Below are positions 48,843-59,003 of a stretch of DNA of 64,000 nt, piece by piece. The stretch comes from Eubacteriales bacterium (GTDB lineage: Bacteria > Bacillota > Clostridia > Lachnospirales > Lachnospiraceae): contig JAUNCG010000004.1 of NCBI GenBank assembly GCA_030526715.1, forward strand, positions 4,932-68,931, read 5' to 3'. A program made the translations under genes and the position numbers. The notes beneath the pieces were generated by a model. It was not told where the DNA came from. It did no database searches and saw nothing but the letters and a program-made list of their open reading frames with translations. How positions within the stretch are numbered: the first letter of the stretch is position 1; each line of letters opens with the position of its first letter.

Positions 48843-49741
48843 TTAAGATAGAACAGGTAAGCAAACGCTTCGATCGGATTCAGGCATTGAATCAGGTCAG
48901 CGCCGAGATTCAGGAGGGGAGCGTCTATGGAATCGTCGGCACCAACGGAGCGGGCAAAAGCACGCTGCTGCGGGTCATGGCAGGAGTGCTGAAGGCAGAC
49001 AGCGGCGATGTGAAGCTGGATGAACAGGGAGTATTTGAAAATACAGAGGTGAAGTCGGAGATCTGTTTTATTCCGGATCTTCCATATTATTTCCCGAATG
49101 CAAGACCTGTGGATCTGATGGAATATTATGCAGTGGTGTATCCGAAGTTTGATCTTGCGAAGTTTAAGGATTACTGTAACAAATTCAATCTGGATCTTCA
49201 CAGGAAGCTTTCCACATTTTCGAAGGGTATGAAGAAACAGATTTTTGTACTGCTGGGGGTATGCTCCGGGACAAAATATCTGCTTTGCGACGAGACCTTT
49301 GACGGTCTGGATCCGGTGGTTCGTGAAGCGGTAAAGCGTATTTTTATTGACGAGGTCCTGAATCGGAGGTTTACGCCGATCATTGCATCCCATAATTTGC
49401 GGGAAATGGAGGATCTCTGTGATACGGTCGGATTGCTGCATAAGGGAGGGATCCTGTTTTCCAAGGATCTGGATGAGCTTCGTTCAGATATTCACAAGGT
49501 GCAGTATGTGATCACAGATCCTGCGCTGGAGGAACGTCTGATCGGAGAGCTGGATGTGATCAAACGGGAAGCGAGAGGCAGCCTGAGTTGTATTACGGTG
49601 CGAGGCAGTGAGGAAGAGATCCTGATGGCGGTAGAGTCTAAGAAGCCGGTATATTATGAGATTCTTCCGCTGACGCTGGAGGAGATTTTTATCAGTGAAA
49701 CGGAGGTGGTCGGTTATGACATCAAAGATATCATCGGCTAA
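48839..49741 (+). CDS. ABC transporter ATP-binding protein
   Basis: Walker A GTNGAGKST, signature FSKGMKKQ, Walker B LLCDETFDGLD. ATGA overlap with gntR. Confidence 0.85.
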   Translation: MIKIEQVSKRFDRIQALNQVSAEIQEGSVYGIVGTNGAGKSTLLRVMAGVLKADSGDVKLDEQGVFENTEVKSEICFIPDLPYYFPNARPVDLMEYYAVVYPKFDLAKFKDYCNKFNLDLHRKLSTFSKGMKKQIFVLLGVCSGTKYLLCDETFDGLDPVVREAVKRIFIDEVLNRRFTPIIASHNLREMEDLCDTVGLLHKGGILFSKDLDELRSDIHKVQYVITDPALEERLIGELDVIKREARGSLSCITVRGSEEEILMAVESKKPVYYEILPLTLEEIFISETEVVGYDIKDIIG

Positions 49742-51632
49742 ATTATGGAAAGAGGCAATGAAGCGAAATATGGCGGTGATTGTTCTAATGGCGCTGATCT
49801 ATTTTTGCGCATATCCGCTCATCAGCACCTTTGAACTGCAAAGCTGGCAGAATTGGGAAAATAACGGTATGAATATCAGATCGATCCATGAAGAGGTGCT
49901 ACAGTTCTTGTTCTACAATCCTTTGTTTGTCAGCATGACGATCATTGCCGCAGCACTGCTTGGAATCCTGCAGTTTTCATGGCTGCATTCCCGGAAGAAG
50001 ACGGATTTCTATCACAGTCTTCCGATAAGCCGGGAGAGATTGTTCATGCTGCAGTATGTGAGCGGTGTATGTAGCTGGGCGGTGCCGTTTTTGGTAAATT
50101 ACGTGCTGGCGGCGCTCCTGCTGAGTCTGGGGCGTATCAGTGCAATGCCGGAGCACGGCTGGCTGCTGGTGGGGAAGACGATGCTTTTGCATATGATTAC
50201 GTTCCTGCTGATCTACAGCTTTATGGCGCTGGCTATGGTGATGACGGGAAAGATTTTTGTGGGGATCCTCGGGATGGGAGTCTTCTGCGGGTATGGCAGC
50301 TTTCTAGGAGCGCTGTGGATCGCCGGTTTAGAGACCTGCTATCTCTCCATGCGCAACGGAAATGAGATCACGAGCTATGTGAAGTTGTCTCCCGTCTATG
50401 GAATTGTAAAGATGTGGGAAAGATTCCGGGAACCGCAGATGTCAGCAAGGGATCTGGCATTGGGCTTGCTGCTTCTGGCGGCGGTAGTGGCTTTGATCGC
50501 AGTAGTGCTGTATCGCAAACGCGGATCAGAGGCGGCAGGGAAGGCGATGGCCTTTGAAGCGGCTGCCAGAGTGATCAAGTTTCTGCTGGTGGTTCCGGGA
50601 ACCGTTGCCATCGTATTATTTTTCTATATACTTGGCAATAACAGCGCGATCTGGGGAATCTTTGGCTTCCTGTTTGGACTGCTGCTGATCTCGGGTATAA
50701 TCGAATTTATCTATCGGATGGATATTCGGGAGATTTTTAGGGATAAGCGTCAGATCGGACTATCCATGTTTGCAGTTGCGGCGCTTTTGATCGTTTTGAT
50801 CACAGATCCTACGGGAATCGATGACTGGGTGCCGCAGGAATCAGAGGTGGAGAGCGTGATTTTGCCGAATCAGTTGAACTATGCGTATCAGATGGATCTG
50901 ACGGATATGAATTTCGGGCTGATCCGTAATGAAAACAAAACAGTCGGCTATCAGCTGACGGAATTCCGTTATGCGGATAAATGCGAAATCACAGATCTGG
51001 ATCCCGTCTTTGCGCTTCTGGAGAGAAGGCATATCGGAGAGCAGAGAAATGAGTTGGAGGATGATGCCTATTCGTTCGGATGGAAAATGAAAAACGGATG
51101 CATCAAGTATCGCACCTATTACTTTGATTCGGACGATCGGGAGGGCATTTCTGAATTTATAAAAAATCCGAAGTATCTGAAAGAGTCAGCTCCGTTTCTG
51201 AGTGTCAAACCGGGAGATCTGCTCTATGCGGAGGTGTTCAATGCCTCGATGTATGATGACCGATATGTCGGTGTACTGGGGCGTGAAGAGGCGCTGGAGA
51301 AGGTAGATCCGGGAGCATACATGTCATATGAGAACGCCACCCATATATTAAATGGAGAAGAACGTTCCCGTGAGGACAGCTATCGTATGGTACTGGATCG
51401 CGAGCAGAGATCGCAGCTTCTGTCAACCGTGCAGGACGCGATACTCGATGGATATATGAATTCTGAATACGGAGAGGATATGCTGTTCTTCCTCTATGTG
51501 AACGAAAATGGAGAAGTGCGTGGCTCCAGTCTGACGATTCAGACAGGAATGGAGAAGGTGCAAAAGCAGTTGACACAGTTTGGCTATCATCTGACTATGC
51601 CGGAGGAAACCTCCGACACAGCGGAAGCATAA
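49716..51632 (+). CDS. ABC-2-like polytopic membrane protein with a large C-terminal soluble domain (function unknown)
   Basis: About 638 aa. Multiple hydrophobic helices in the first ~380 aa, followed by an acidic domain of ~260 aa. The ATG follows GGAGGTGG and overlaps the end of the ATPase gene. Confidence 0.6.
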   Translation: MTSKISSAKLWKEAMKRNMAVIVLMALIYFCAYPLISTFELQSWQNWENNGMNIRSIHEEVLQFLFYNPLFVSMTIIAAALLGILQFSWLHSRKKTDFYHSLPISRERLFMLQYVSGVCSWAVPFLVNYVLAALLLSLGRISAMPEHGWLLVGKTMLLHMITFLLIYSFMALAMVMTGKIFVGILGMGVFCGYGSFLGALWIAGLETCYLSMRNGNEITSYVKLSPVYGIVKMWERFREPQMSARDLALGLLLLAAVVALIAVVLYRKRGSEAAGKAMAFEAAARVIKFLLVVPGTVAIVLFFYILGNNSAIWGIFGFLFGLLLISGIIEFIYRMDIREIFRDKRQIGLSMFAVAALLIVLITDPTGIDDWVPQESEVESVILPNQLNYAYQMDLTDMNFGLIRNENKTVGYQLTEFRYADKCEITDLDPVFALLERRHIGEQRNELEDDAYSFGWKMKNGCIKYRTYYFDSDDREGISEFIKNPKYLKESAPFLSVKPGDLLYAEVFNASMYDDRYVGVLGREEALEKVDPGAYMSYENATHILNGEERSREDSYRMVLDREQRSQLLSTVQDAILDGYMNSEYGEDMLFFLYVNENGEVRGSSLTIQTGMEKVQKQLTQFGYHLTMPEETSDTAEA

Positions 51633-51663
51633 GCGTCAGATATAGTGTAAATCATACAGGAGA

Positions 51664-52395
51664 TCAGTATAGAACCTTTAGAAGAGTCAAACCCCGCGCG
51701 GGTGCCGTGAATCCGGCATCCGCGCGTTTTTTTGAGGTAAGCAGAGCTTTCATGCTGTCAGCGCTGCGCTGACCGGTACCGACCTCGATGAGTGTGCCGG
51801 TCAGGATGCGGATCATATTGTAGAGAAAACCGCTGCCCTGATAGGTGATGCAAAGCTCTCCGGTCATTTCTTCGATCTGAATCCGGTCAATGCGACGCAC
51901 GGTAGATTTTTTCGTTTTTCTTGTGCAGAAGCCCTGAAAATCATGTTCTCCCACAAAGCAGTCCGCAGCGCGGCGCATTGCAGCCACGTCCAGAGGTGCA
52001 GTGAAGGGATAGAGCTGTCGGCGGTCAAAGACATGCAGCTCTGGTCTGGTAGCGATACGATAGCAGTATACCTTCCCGATGGCATTCAGACGACTGTGAA
52101 ATCTCGGAGCCGCCTCAGTCACCTCGAGAATACCGATATCCTCCGGAAGCCAGCGGTTGAGCTCGTCGCGAAGCTTTGTCGCAGTGAGCGGAAGGTCTAA
52201 AGAGACATTGGCGACCTGTCCGAGAGCATGCACACCGGCATCTGTGCGTCCTGCGCCATAGATTTCCACGGGCATGCCTGCGATGCGGGACAGGACGGCT
52301 TCGATCTTTCCCTGAATCGTGTTGTCCGTGGACTGCTGACGCTGCCAGCCGTTATATTTTGTGCCGTCATATTGGATAAGCATACGGTAGTTCAT
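51664..52395 (-). CDS. truA: tRNA pseudouridine(38-40) synthase TruA
   Basis: MNYRMLIQYDGTKYNGWQRQ and GAGRTDAGVHA (catalytic Asp). The ATG at 52395 follows AAGGAG. Confidence 0.9.
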   Translation of the reverse strand: MNYRMLIQYDGTKYNGWQRQQSTDNTIQGKIEAVLSRIAGMPVEIYGAGRTDAGVHALGQVANVSLDLPLTATKLRDELNRWLPEDIGILEVTEAAPRFHSRLNAIGKVYCYRIATRPELHVFDRRQLYPFTAPLDVAAMRRAADCFVGEHDFQGFCTRKTKKSTVRRIDRIQIEEMTGELCITYQGSGFLYNMIRILTGTLIEVGTGQRSADSMKALLTSKKRADAGFTAPARGLTLLKVLY

Positions 52396-52438
52396 TCTGT
52401 TCTCCTTCACATATCCCGCCGACAGAGGCGAAGTGTGA

Positions 52439-53209
52439 TCATGATGCGTGATTCATATCATATAAATACAGAAGTCCTTTTAGCACCAGATCATCATCTG
52501 TGATAATATCGCGCCGACAGTATCTAGTTACAGCTGGAGCGAGACCGCCGGTAGCCACGATCGTGGCGGATTGTCCGAGCTCCTCCTCAATACGGTCGAT
52601 CATGCCGTCGATGCATGCGGCATTGCCGAAGATCGCGCCGCTTTGCATACTCTCGGTGGTATTCTTTCCGAGAACCCGCCCCGGCGCCTCCAGCGCAATG
52701 CGGGGAAGCTGGGACGTGGCGCTCGACAGAGAATCCATGGAAGTGCGGACTCCCGGGAGAATAATAGTGCCGAGATAATTCTTCTTTTGATCTACCGCGG
52801 AAAAGGTAGTGGCGGTACCCATATCGATGATGATGACGGGCAGGGAATAGTCCAGCATTCCGGCCACAGCGGCGACAATGAGATCGCTGCCGACCTGCGC
52901 CGGGTGATCCATCAGGATGTTCAGACCCGTCCGAATGCCGGGACCGACGATGAGAGGGGCGCTTCCGGTCAGCCGGTGTACTGCATCGCTCAAAGTATCG
53001 GTCAGCGGCGGAACGACGGAGGATAGAATAGATCCCTCGATCTGCTCCGGAGTCAGCTGATAGATGGAGAGCAGCTGATGGATGCGAACCATGTAATCTG
53101 CGGCGGTGCGCAGCCGATGAGTCGAGAGCCGCTCCAGAAAGAGCAGCTCTTTTTTCTCAAAGCATCCGATCACTATATTGGTATTTCCGATATCAACAGT
53201 TAATATCAT
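52439..53209 (-). CDS. coaX: type III pantothenate kinase
   Basis: MILTVDIGNTNIVIG, with IIIDMGTATT and ATGGLA motifs. Confidence 0.9.
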   Translation of the reverse strand: MILTVDIGNTNIVIGCFEKKELLFLERLSTHRLRTAADYMVRIHQLLSIYQLTPEQIEGSILSSVVPPLTDTLSDAVHRLTGSAPLIVGPGIRTGLNILMDHPAQVGSDLIVAAVAGMLDYSLPVIIIDMGTATTFSAVDQKKNYLGTIILPGVRTSMDSLSSATSQLPRIALEAPGRVLGKNTTESMQSGAIFGNAACIDGMIDRIEEELGQSATIVATGGLAPAVTRYCRRDIITDDDLVLKGLLYLYDMNHAS

Positions 53210-53250
53210 AGAAAGGAGATCCTCCTTGTGTTGCGTTAGAAAAGCGATGA

Positions 53251-53874
53251 TCACGCAGATTTGCGTGAAATATTCGGAATCAGTCGCGCTTTTTCCAGTG
53301 CGGCGCCGATCGCGCCGGTGATGAGCGTCGAGGAGACCATCTCGCATACTGCATTAATTCCGACAAAGGTGCAGATAAATACGATCACATTTTTTCCGCC
53401 CATCAATCCCTGTACATATTCTGTATTGCCAAAAAGTGCAATCAGCAAAGACATGAAAAAGAGCGTGTTTAAAAATGCGGAACAAAATCCAGTGATCAGG
53501 CATGCTGCGTAGGTGTTGCTGACTTTTCTGGAACCCCGGAAGATATAGCCCAGCAGAAAACCATCCAGCAGCCGCGGGATAAATCTCTGAATAAAGGCCA
53601 GAAACGGATTGATTCCAAAGAGCATGGCACCCATGGCGCTCGTGCCGCCGACACCGATACACTGCAGGAAGCTGGTGAGTCCGAAGACACCTCCCGCGAT
53701 AGCGCCGCCCTTCGGTCCTAAGGTGATAGCGCAGATGGCGACCGGAATCACATTAAAGGTGATGGCCAGAGGGCCGATGTTCAGGTAGCCGAGTGGTGTG
53801 TAAGCCATCAGGAGCAGAACTCCCGTCATGAGACCGAGGATGGCCAGCCGTGTGACTTTTGTTTGTCTTTCCAT
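53251..53874 (-). CDS. ECF transporter S component (PanT-like; pantothenate specificity inferred from the coaX neighbour)
   Basis: 207 aa from MERQTK, with six TM helices. It lies directly upstream of coaX on the same strand. Confidence 0.65.
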   Translation of the reverse strand: MERQTKVTRLAILGLMTGVLLLMAYTPLGYLNIGPLAITFNVIPVAICAITLGPKGGAIAGGVFGLTSFLQCIGVGGTSAMGAMLFGINPFLAFIQRFIPRLLDGFLLGYIFRGSRKVSNTYAACLITGFCSAFLNTLFFMSLLIALFGNTEYVQGLMGGKNVIVFICTFVGINAVCEMVSSTLITGAIGAALEKARLIPNISRKSA

Positions 53875-54155
53875 ATGAAATTTTCCTCCTTTGCTATTAT
53901 TCCCGTGCGTGACGATCCGTGGAGTATAGCCGAATCTCCGGAACGCCCATGTGGGATACAATGCACTTAGCAGTATAACACAATTTATATAGATAGCAAA
54001 TGCTTTCCGGTATCATTTTTGGAGACATTTTTGGGGAAACACGGAATTCATCAGCGCTTCCTTAGAAATTGCGCAGCTTTGTATAATTCAAATAGATTTT
54101 CCTCAAGGTCTGTGCTAAGATGTACATAGATGAGCAAAATACAAAGGAGAAGGAT

Positions 54156-54992
54156 ATGCTCAAAATAGGAAATCACCTGTCGTCCTCCGGAGGGTATGAG
54201 GCGATGGGGAAGAAGGCTCTGGAGCTGGGAGCCAACACCTTTGCTTTTTTCACGCGCAATCCCCGCGGTGGGAAGGCGAAGGCCATCGATCCAGAGGATG
54301 TCGGGCGGTTTCGCAGGCTGGCCGAAGAGCAGGAGTTTGCAACGCTGGTGGCACATGCACCCTACACGCTGAATCCGTGCTCTGCAGACGAGGGACTGCG
54401 TGAGTTTGCGAAGAATACCTTTGCGGATGATCTGGCGCGTATGGAGTATACGCCGGGGAACTACTACAACTTTCATCCGGGCAGCCATGTGAAGCAGGGA
54501 GTAGACGTGGGGATACGCTATATCACACAGATGCTGAATGTGGCGTTGACACCGCAGCAGACGACCATCGTCCTGCTGGAGACGATGTCCGGCAAGGGCA
54601 GTGAAGTGGGGCGCAGCTTTGAGGAGCTGCGGCAGATTCTGGATGGGGTGCAGTGTTCCGATAAGATGGGAGTATGTCTTGATACTTGTCATGTGTGGGA
54701 CGCCGGTTATGACATTGTGAAGGATCTGGACGGCGTGGTGGCAGAGTTTGATCGCGTCATCGGACTGGAGCGATTGAAGGCGGTGCATCTCAATGACAGT
54801 ATGAATCCTATGGGCTCGCACAAGGATCGTCATGCGAGAATCGGGGAAGGCGAGATCGGTCTGGAGGCGCTGGTGCGGGTGATCAATCATCCGGCGCTGC
54901 GGGATCTGCCGTTTATTCTGGAAACGCCCAATGACGATGCAGGCTATGCAGGGGAGATCGCTTTGATGAGAAGCAGGTATGAGCAGCGGTGA
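54156..54992 (+). CDS. nfo: deoxyribonuclease IV (endonuclease IV)
   Basis: [34 protein letters not shown], and HLNDS..P.GS.KDRH motifs. Confidence 0.9.
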   Translation: MLKIGNHLSSSGGYEAMGKKALELGANTFAFFTRNPRGGKAKAIDPEDVGRFRRLAEEQEFATLVAHAPYTLNPCSADEGLREFAKNTFADDLARMEYTPGNYYNFHPGSHVKQGVDVGIRYITQMLNVALTPQQTTIVLLETMSGKGSEVGRSFEELRQILDGVQCSDKMGVCLDTCHVWDAGYDIVKDLDGVVAEFDRVIGLERLKAVHLNDSMNPMGSHKDRHARIGEGEIGLEALVRVINHPALRDLPFILETPNDDAGYAGEIALMRSRYEQR

Positions 54993-55045
54993 GTGATCAT
55001 ATCGGGGAGTATCAGTGGAGTTACGTAATAAGCTGATATAGGAGG

Positions 55046-55819
55046 ATGCCGACAGGCGAGATTATGACAACAGAAGAGATTTTAACAAAAGTATCACGGC
55101 GGGAGCTCTCCGTGGAGGAGGCGCAGAAGCGGCTTCAGATACAGCCCTTTGACGATATGGGGTATGCGAAGATCGATTATCACCGGGAGGTTCGCACGGG
55201 TGTCCCGGAGGTGATCTATTGTGCCGGAAAGACTGCAGAGCAGATTGCGGGTATTGTGCAGAACATGCGCGCTCACGGTGGAAAACACATCCTCGGCACC
55301 CGCTGCGATGTGGAAAAATACAAGATTGTGAAGGAGACCTGTCCGGAGATTTCTTATGATGAAACGGCACGGATCCTGTTTTATCAGGAGGAAGAGTTTC
55401 CCCTGAACCGCGGGAAAATCGTGGTAGCCTGCGCAGGCACCTCGGATCTTCCGGTGGCGAAGGAAGCGGCTATGACAGCACAGTTTCTGGGAAATGAGGT
55501 AGTGGAGATCTATGATGTGGGAGTGGCGGGGATCCATCGGCTGCTGGCACAGATGGAGACGATGCAGCAGGCGAATGTGATCGTTGCGGTAGCAGGTATG
55601 GAGGGGGCGTTGGCTTCGGTAGTAGGCGGATTGACGGATAAGCCGGTAATCGCAGTGCCGACGTCCGTAGGCTACGGCGCGAGCTTCGGCGGTGTGACCG
55701 CGCTGCTTGCCATGCTGAACAGCTGTGCCAGCGGAGTCAGCGTTGTGAACATTGACAATGGATTCGGAGCCGGTTATATGGCGCATTCCATCAACTGCCT
55801 TGCGGGAAAAAGAGACTGA
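55046..55819 (+). CDS. larB: nickel-pincer cofactor biosynthesis protein LarB (PurE-like)
   Basis: AIR-carboxylase fold (VACAGTSDLPVAKEA, VAGMEGALASVVGG) plus an N-terminal helical extension. The start may instead be 55064. Confidence 0.85.
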   Translation: MPTGEIMTTEEILTKVSRRELSVEEAQKRLQIQPFDDMGYAKIDYHREVRTGVPEVIYCAGKTAEQIAGIVQNMRAHGGKHILGTRCDVEKYKIVKETCPEISYDETARILFYQEEEFPLNRGKIVVACAGTSDLPVAKEAAMTAQFLGNEVVEIYDVGVAGIHRLLAQMETMQQANVIVAVAGMEGALASVVGGLTDKPVIAVPTSVGYGASFGGVTALLAMLNSCASGVSVVNIDNGFGAGYMAHSINCLAGKRD

Positions 55820-55833
55820 TAGGAGTAAGACTT

Positions 55834-57171
55834 GTGAAGAAGATTTTATATTTTGATTGTTCCTCCGGTATCAGCGGAGATATGACACTTGGAGCGTTAC
55901 TTGGACTGACGGAGGATCCGGAGGGTCTGGTACGGGAACTGGAGAAATTGCATTTGCCCGGCTATCATATGGAGTTTGAACAGGTGCTACGCAGTGCGGT
56001 AACGGCAAATCATGTGAATGTAGTGCTGGAAGAGGAGCATGTACGTGTTCATGAGACGGAGCATGATGAGGCTAGACATGGTGAGCATCATCATGGCCAC
56101 AGCCACGAGCATGAAATGCATACGCACGACCACGGGGCGCACGCTCACGGTGGACATGCACACCGAAGCTTCCGTGATATTCGGGCCATGATCGAGCATA
56201 GTACTCTGGATGAGGCAGTGAAGGATCTGGCGTTGCGCATTTTCCTGCGTGTAGCCAAAGCGGAGGCAAAGGTTCACGGAAAAAGCGTGGATGAGGTACA
56301 GTTTCATGAGGTAGGAGCGGTGGATTCCATTGTTGATATCGTAGGCTGCGCCATTCTGATACATCAGCTGCAGCCGGATAGGATCTGCAGCTCTGTGATC
56401 CATGAGGGGCATGGATTTATCCGTTGTCAGCATGGTATGCTGTCCGTGCCCGTGCCTGCGGTATCTGAGATTTTCGCGGAGGCGGGCGTGAGCGTGGAAC
56501 AGATCGACATTAACACGGAGCTGGTGACGCCTACCGGTGCGGCGATCATTGCGGAGCTGACGAGTGCTTACGGAGCTGCCGGACCCGGATTGATGCCTCA
56601 GATGAGGATGAAGAAGATCGGTTGGGGAGCCGGGACGAAGGTTCTGCCGATCCCGAATCTGCTGAAGGCAGTTTGGGGTGAGACTGAAGATGAGGCCGCA
56701 GAGGATTTGCAGACAGCGCTTGATACGGATGAGATCGCAGTGCTGGAGACGAATCTGGATGACTGTACCGGCGAGATGCTGGGCTTTGCCATGGAGCGGC
56801 TTCTAAAAGAAGGGGCTCTGGATGTATTCTATACGCCGATTTATATGAAGAAGAACCGTCCGGCCTATCTTTTGAGCGTGCTGGCGAGACCGCAGGATGT
56901 ACCGCGGATAGAAGCGCTGCTGTTTAAGTACACCACGACCATCGGAGTACGTAAAAGGCTGGATAGGAGAGTAAAGCTAAAAAGAGAAAAAAGCGTCGTT
57001 CAGACGCCGTATGGAGAACTGACAGTAAAAAAGGTGTTGACGCAGGAGGGGGTACGCATGTACCCGGAATATGACAGTGCAGTGCTACTTGCCAACAGCA
57101 GCAACCGATCACTATGGGAGATATATCAGAGCTATGAGAGCATGGGAGAGATGGTATCACCGGGCGTATGA
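55834..57171 (+). CDS. larC: nickel-pincer cofactor biosynthesis protein LarC (single-frame fusion)
   Basis: MKKILYFDCSSGISGDM (DUF111), a His-rich tract (56050-56163), and FHEVGAVDSIVDIVG. GTG start. Confidence 0.85.
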   Translation: MKKILYFDCSSGISGDMTLGALLGLTEDPEGLVRELEKLHLPGYHMEFEQVLRSAVTANHVNVVLEEEHVRVHETEHDEARHGEHHHGHSHEHEMHTHDHGAHAHGGHAHRSFRDIRAMIEHSTLDEAVKDLALRIFLRVAKAEAKVHGKSVDEVQFHEVGAVDSIVDIVGCAILIHQLQPDRICSSVIHEGHGFIRCQHGMLSVPVPAVSEIFAEAGVSVEQIDINTELVTPTGAAIIAELTSAYGAAGPGLMPQMRMKKIGWGAGTKVLPIPNLLKAVWGETEDEAAEDLQTALDTDEIAVLETNLDDCTGEMLGFAMERLLKEGALDVFYTPIYMKKNRPAYLLSVLARPQDVPRIEALLFKYTTTIGVRKRLDRRVKLKREKSVVQTPYGELTVKKVLTQEGVRMYPEYDSAVLLANSSNRSLWEIYQSYESMGEMVSPGV

Positions 57172-57583
57172 GATCGCCGTGAAGGTTCATGAAGGTATGA
57201 CGGATAAGGGAGGACATCCCTACATTCTTCACCCGTTAAAGGTGGCGGAGGGAGTAGAGGGGGATGAATTGAAGATCGTTGCGCTTTTGCACGATGTTCT
57301 TGAGGACAGCGATATGACGGAGCAGGAGCTTCGCCGGGAAGGATTTCCGGAGAATGTGGTGGAAGCCGTGAGCGTGCTTACCCACCGCGACGAAGATGGG
57401 GATTATTTTACCTATATTGAGAATGTAAAAAAGAATCCCATGGCGACGGCGGTCAAGATTTCGGATCTGCAGCATAATCTGGATCTGTCGAGAATTGCCG
57501 AGCCTACTGCGGCGGATTACAGGCGCTGTGAAAAGTACAGGAGATCCCTCGCCTATTTGCAGGGCGAGACAGATCACATATAA
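57134..57583 (+). CDS. RelA/SpoT-type HD-domain hydrolase (small alarmone hydrolase-like)
   Basis: About 149 aa: GGHPYILHPLKVA and ALLHDVLEDS (the HD...ED signature of (p)ppGpp hydrolase domains). There is no synthetase domain. The start overlaps larC by 38 nt. Confidence 0.65.
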   Translation: MRAWERWYHRAYEIAVKVHEGMTDKGGHPYILHPLKVAEGVEGDELKIVALLHDVLEDSDMTEQELRREGFPENVVEAVSVLTHRDEDGDYFTYIENVKKNPMATAVKISDLQHNLDLSRIAEPTAADYRRCEKYRRSLAYLQGETDHI

Positions 57584-57627
57584 ATGATGAGCAATATGGG
57601 AAAGCTTAATGAAGGGAGAAATAGAAC

Positions 57628-58446
57628 ATGTTATATGATAAGGTTCAGGAATCTGTAAGGTTTATTCAGGAGCGAATCACTCAGAAGCCGGAGATCGGAA
57701 TCATCCTCGGCAGCGGGTTGGGTGGTCTGGTGGATATCATGGAGGATAAGGAGATCGTGCCTTATGGCGAGATCCCGGGATTTCCAAAGTCCAATGTCGC
57801 CGGACATGCGGCGAAGCTGGTGATCGGAAAAATCGGCGGTCATGTCGTGGCGGCTATGCAGGGAAGATTCCATTTCTATGAGGGCTTCACCATGCGCGAG
57901 GTGACCTATCCGCTGTATGTGCTTCGGCAGCTGGGTGTGAAGGATCTGATCGTGACCAATGCCTGCGGCGCAGTGAATCGTGATTTTGAACCCGGAGATC
58001 TGATCCTGTTGAGCGATTACATCAACTTTACGGGACAGAATCCGTTGATCGGGGAAAATGATGAGCGCTTCGGCGTGCGGTTCCCGGATATGTCGGATGC
58101 ATACGCAAAGGAGCTGCGCGTCTTTGCGGGAGAGATTGCACAGAAGCTGGGATTCCAGCATAAAGAAGGCGTATATGCATTATTCCTCGGTCCGACCTAT
58201 GAGACGGCAGCAGAGATCCGTGCCTGCGCAGTTTACGGCGCCGATCTGGTAGGAATGTCCACGGTTCCGGAGACGATCGTAGCCAATTATCTCGGGATGC
58301 GTGTGCTGGGTATCGGCTGTGTAACCAATATGGCTACGGGAATCGCTACCGTAAAGCATACACATGAGCAGGTAGTGAAGGTGGCAAATGAGGCGAGCGA
58401 GAAGCTCTGCGGATGGGTGGCAGAGGTACTCCGTCAGTGGAAATAA
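57628..58446 (+). CDS. punA: purine nucleoside phosphorylase (trimeric PNP, PunA type)
   Basis: GIILGSGLGGL, GRFHFYEG, VTNACGAVN and GMSTVPE motifs. Confidence 0.9.
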   Translation: MLYDKVQESVRFIQERITQKPEIGIILGSGLGGLVDIMEDKEIVPYGEIPGFPKSNVAGHAAKLVIGKIGGHVVAAMQGRFHFYEGFTMREVTYPLYVLRQLGVKDLIVTNACGAVNRDFEPGDLILLSDYINFTGQNPLIGENDERFGVRFPDMSDAYAKELRVFAGEIAQKLGFQHKEGVYALFLGPTYETAAEIRACAVYGADLVGMSTVPETIVANYLGMRVLGIGCVTNMATGIATVKHTHEQVVKVANEASEKLCGWVAEVLRQWK

Positions 58447-58466
58447 GGAGTGAGTGACAGAACGAT

Positions 58467-59003
58467 ATGAAGACAGAGGCGTTGCTGGAGCACATTTGTG
58501 ATACAGTGAAGGAGTGGCAGCTGAAGATCGGATACAGTCCGGAGCATATGAAGCTTTATTATCCGGACACATCCCTGCGGCTGCTGTTGGAGCTGGGAGA
58601 TGCTGATCTGGATACGGGACTGCGAGAGTTTGTGAAAGCAGTGAAGGACAGGCTTGGGGATGTAGCGATCTCATCGGATGAGAAAAAAGAGCGGTATTGT
58701 ATCGACATTCCCCCGGAGGGTGTGACTTATATTGCCCGGGAAGTACCGGATTCAGAGTTCCTGAAGGAGTTTTTGAAGGTGACGACGACACCCGGAAGCA
58801 CCATGGAGGATGTAGGACGATGCTTTGAAAAATTTGGAGCATATACGGCGGAAAACCATGGGGAGGATGGTCTGGGACAGGTATTTTCTTTTGTAGATCA
58901 GACGATAGATAAATATGTGTACTGTGTGGAGCTGGATGGTTTCGGTATGACCTATCATCGGTTTGACCGCAGGGATTACAGTGCATTAAAGGAGCATGCA
59001 TGA
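58467..59003 (+). CDS. hypothetical protein (DUF3877-like, recollection only)
   Basis: 178 aa, acidic, no recognised catalytic motif. ATGA overlap with the next gene. Confidence 0.45.
   Translation: MKTEALLEHICDTVKEWQLKIGYSPEHMKLYYPDTSLRLLLELGDADLDTGLREFVKAVKDRLGDVAISSDEKKERYCIDIPPEGVTYIAREVPDSEFLKEFLKVTTTPGSTMEDVGRCFEKFGAYTAENHGEDGLGQVFSFVDQTIDKYVYCVELDGFGMTYHRFDRRDYSALKEHA

Noticed and set aside
53875-53990. Possible riboswitch in the ~95-nt leader of the ECF S-component (PanT-like) gene on the - strand.
   Set aside because: A plausible promoter (TTGCTA ... TATACT on the - strand) and some local pairing exist. I could not match the sequence to THF, pan or other known motifs. Without comparative data this is not supportable.
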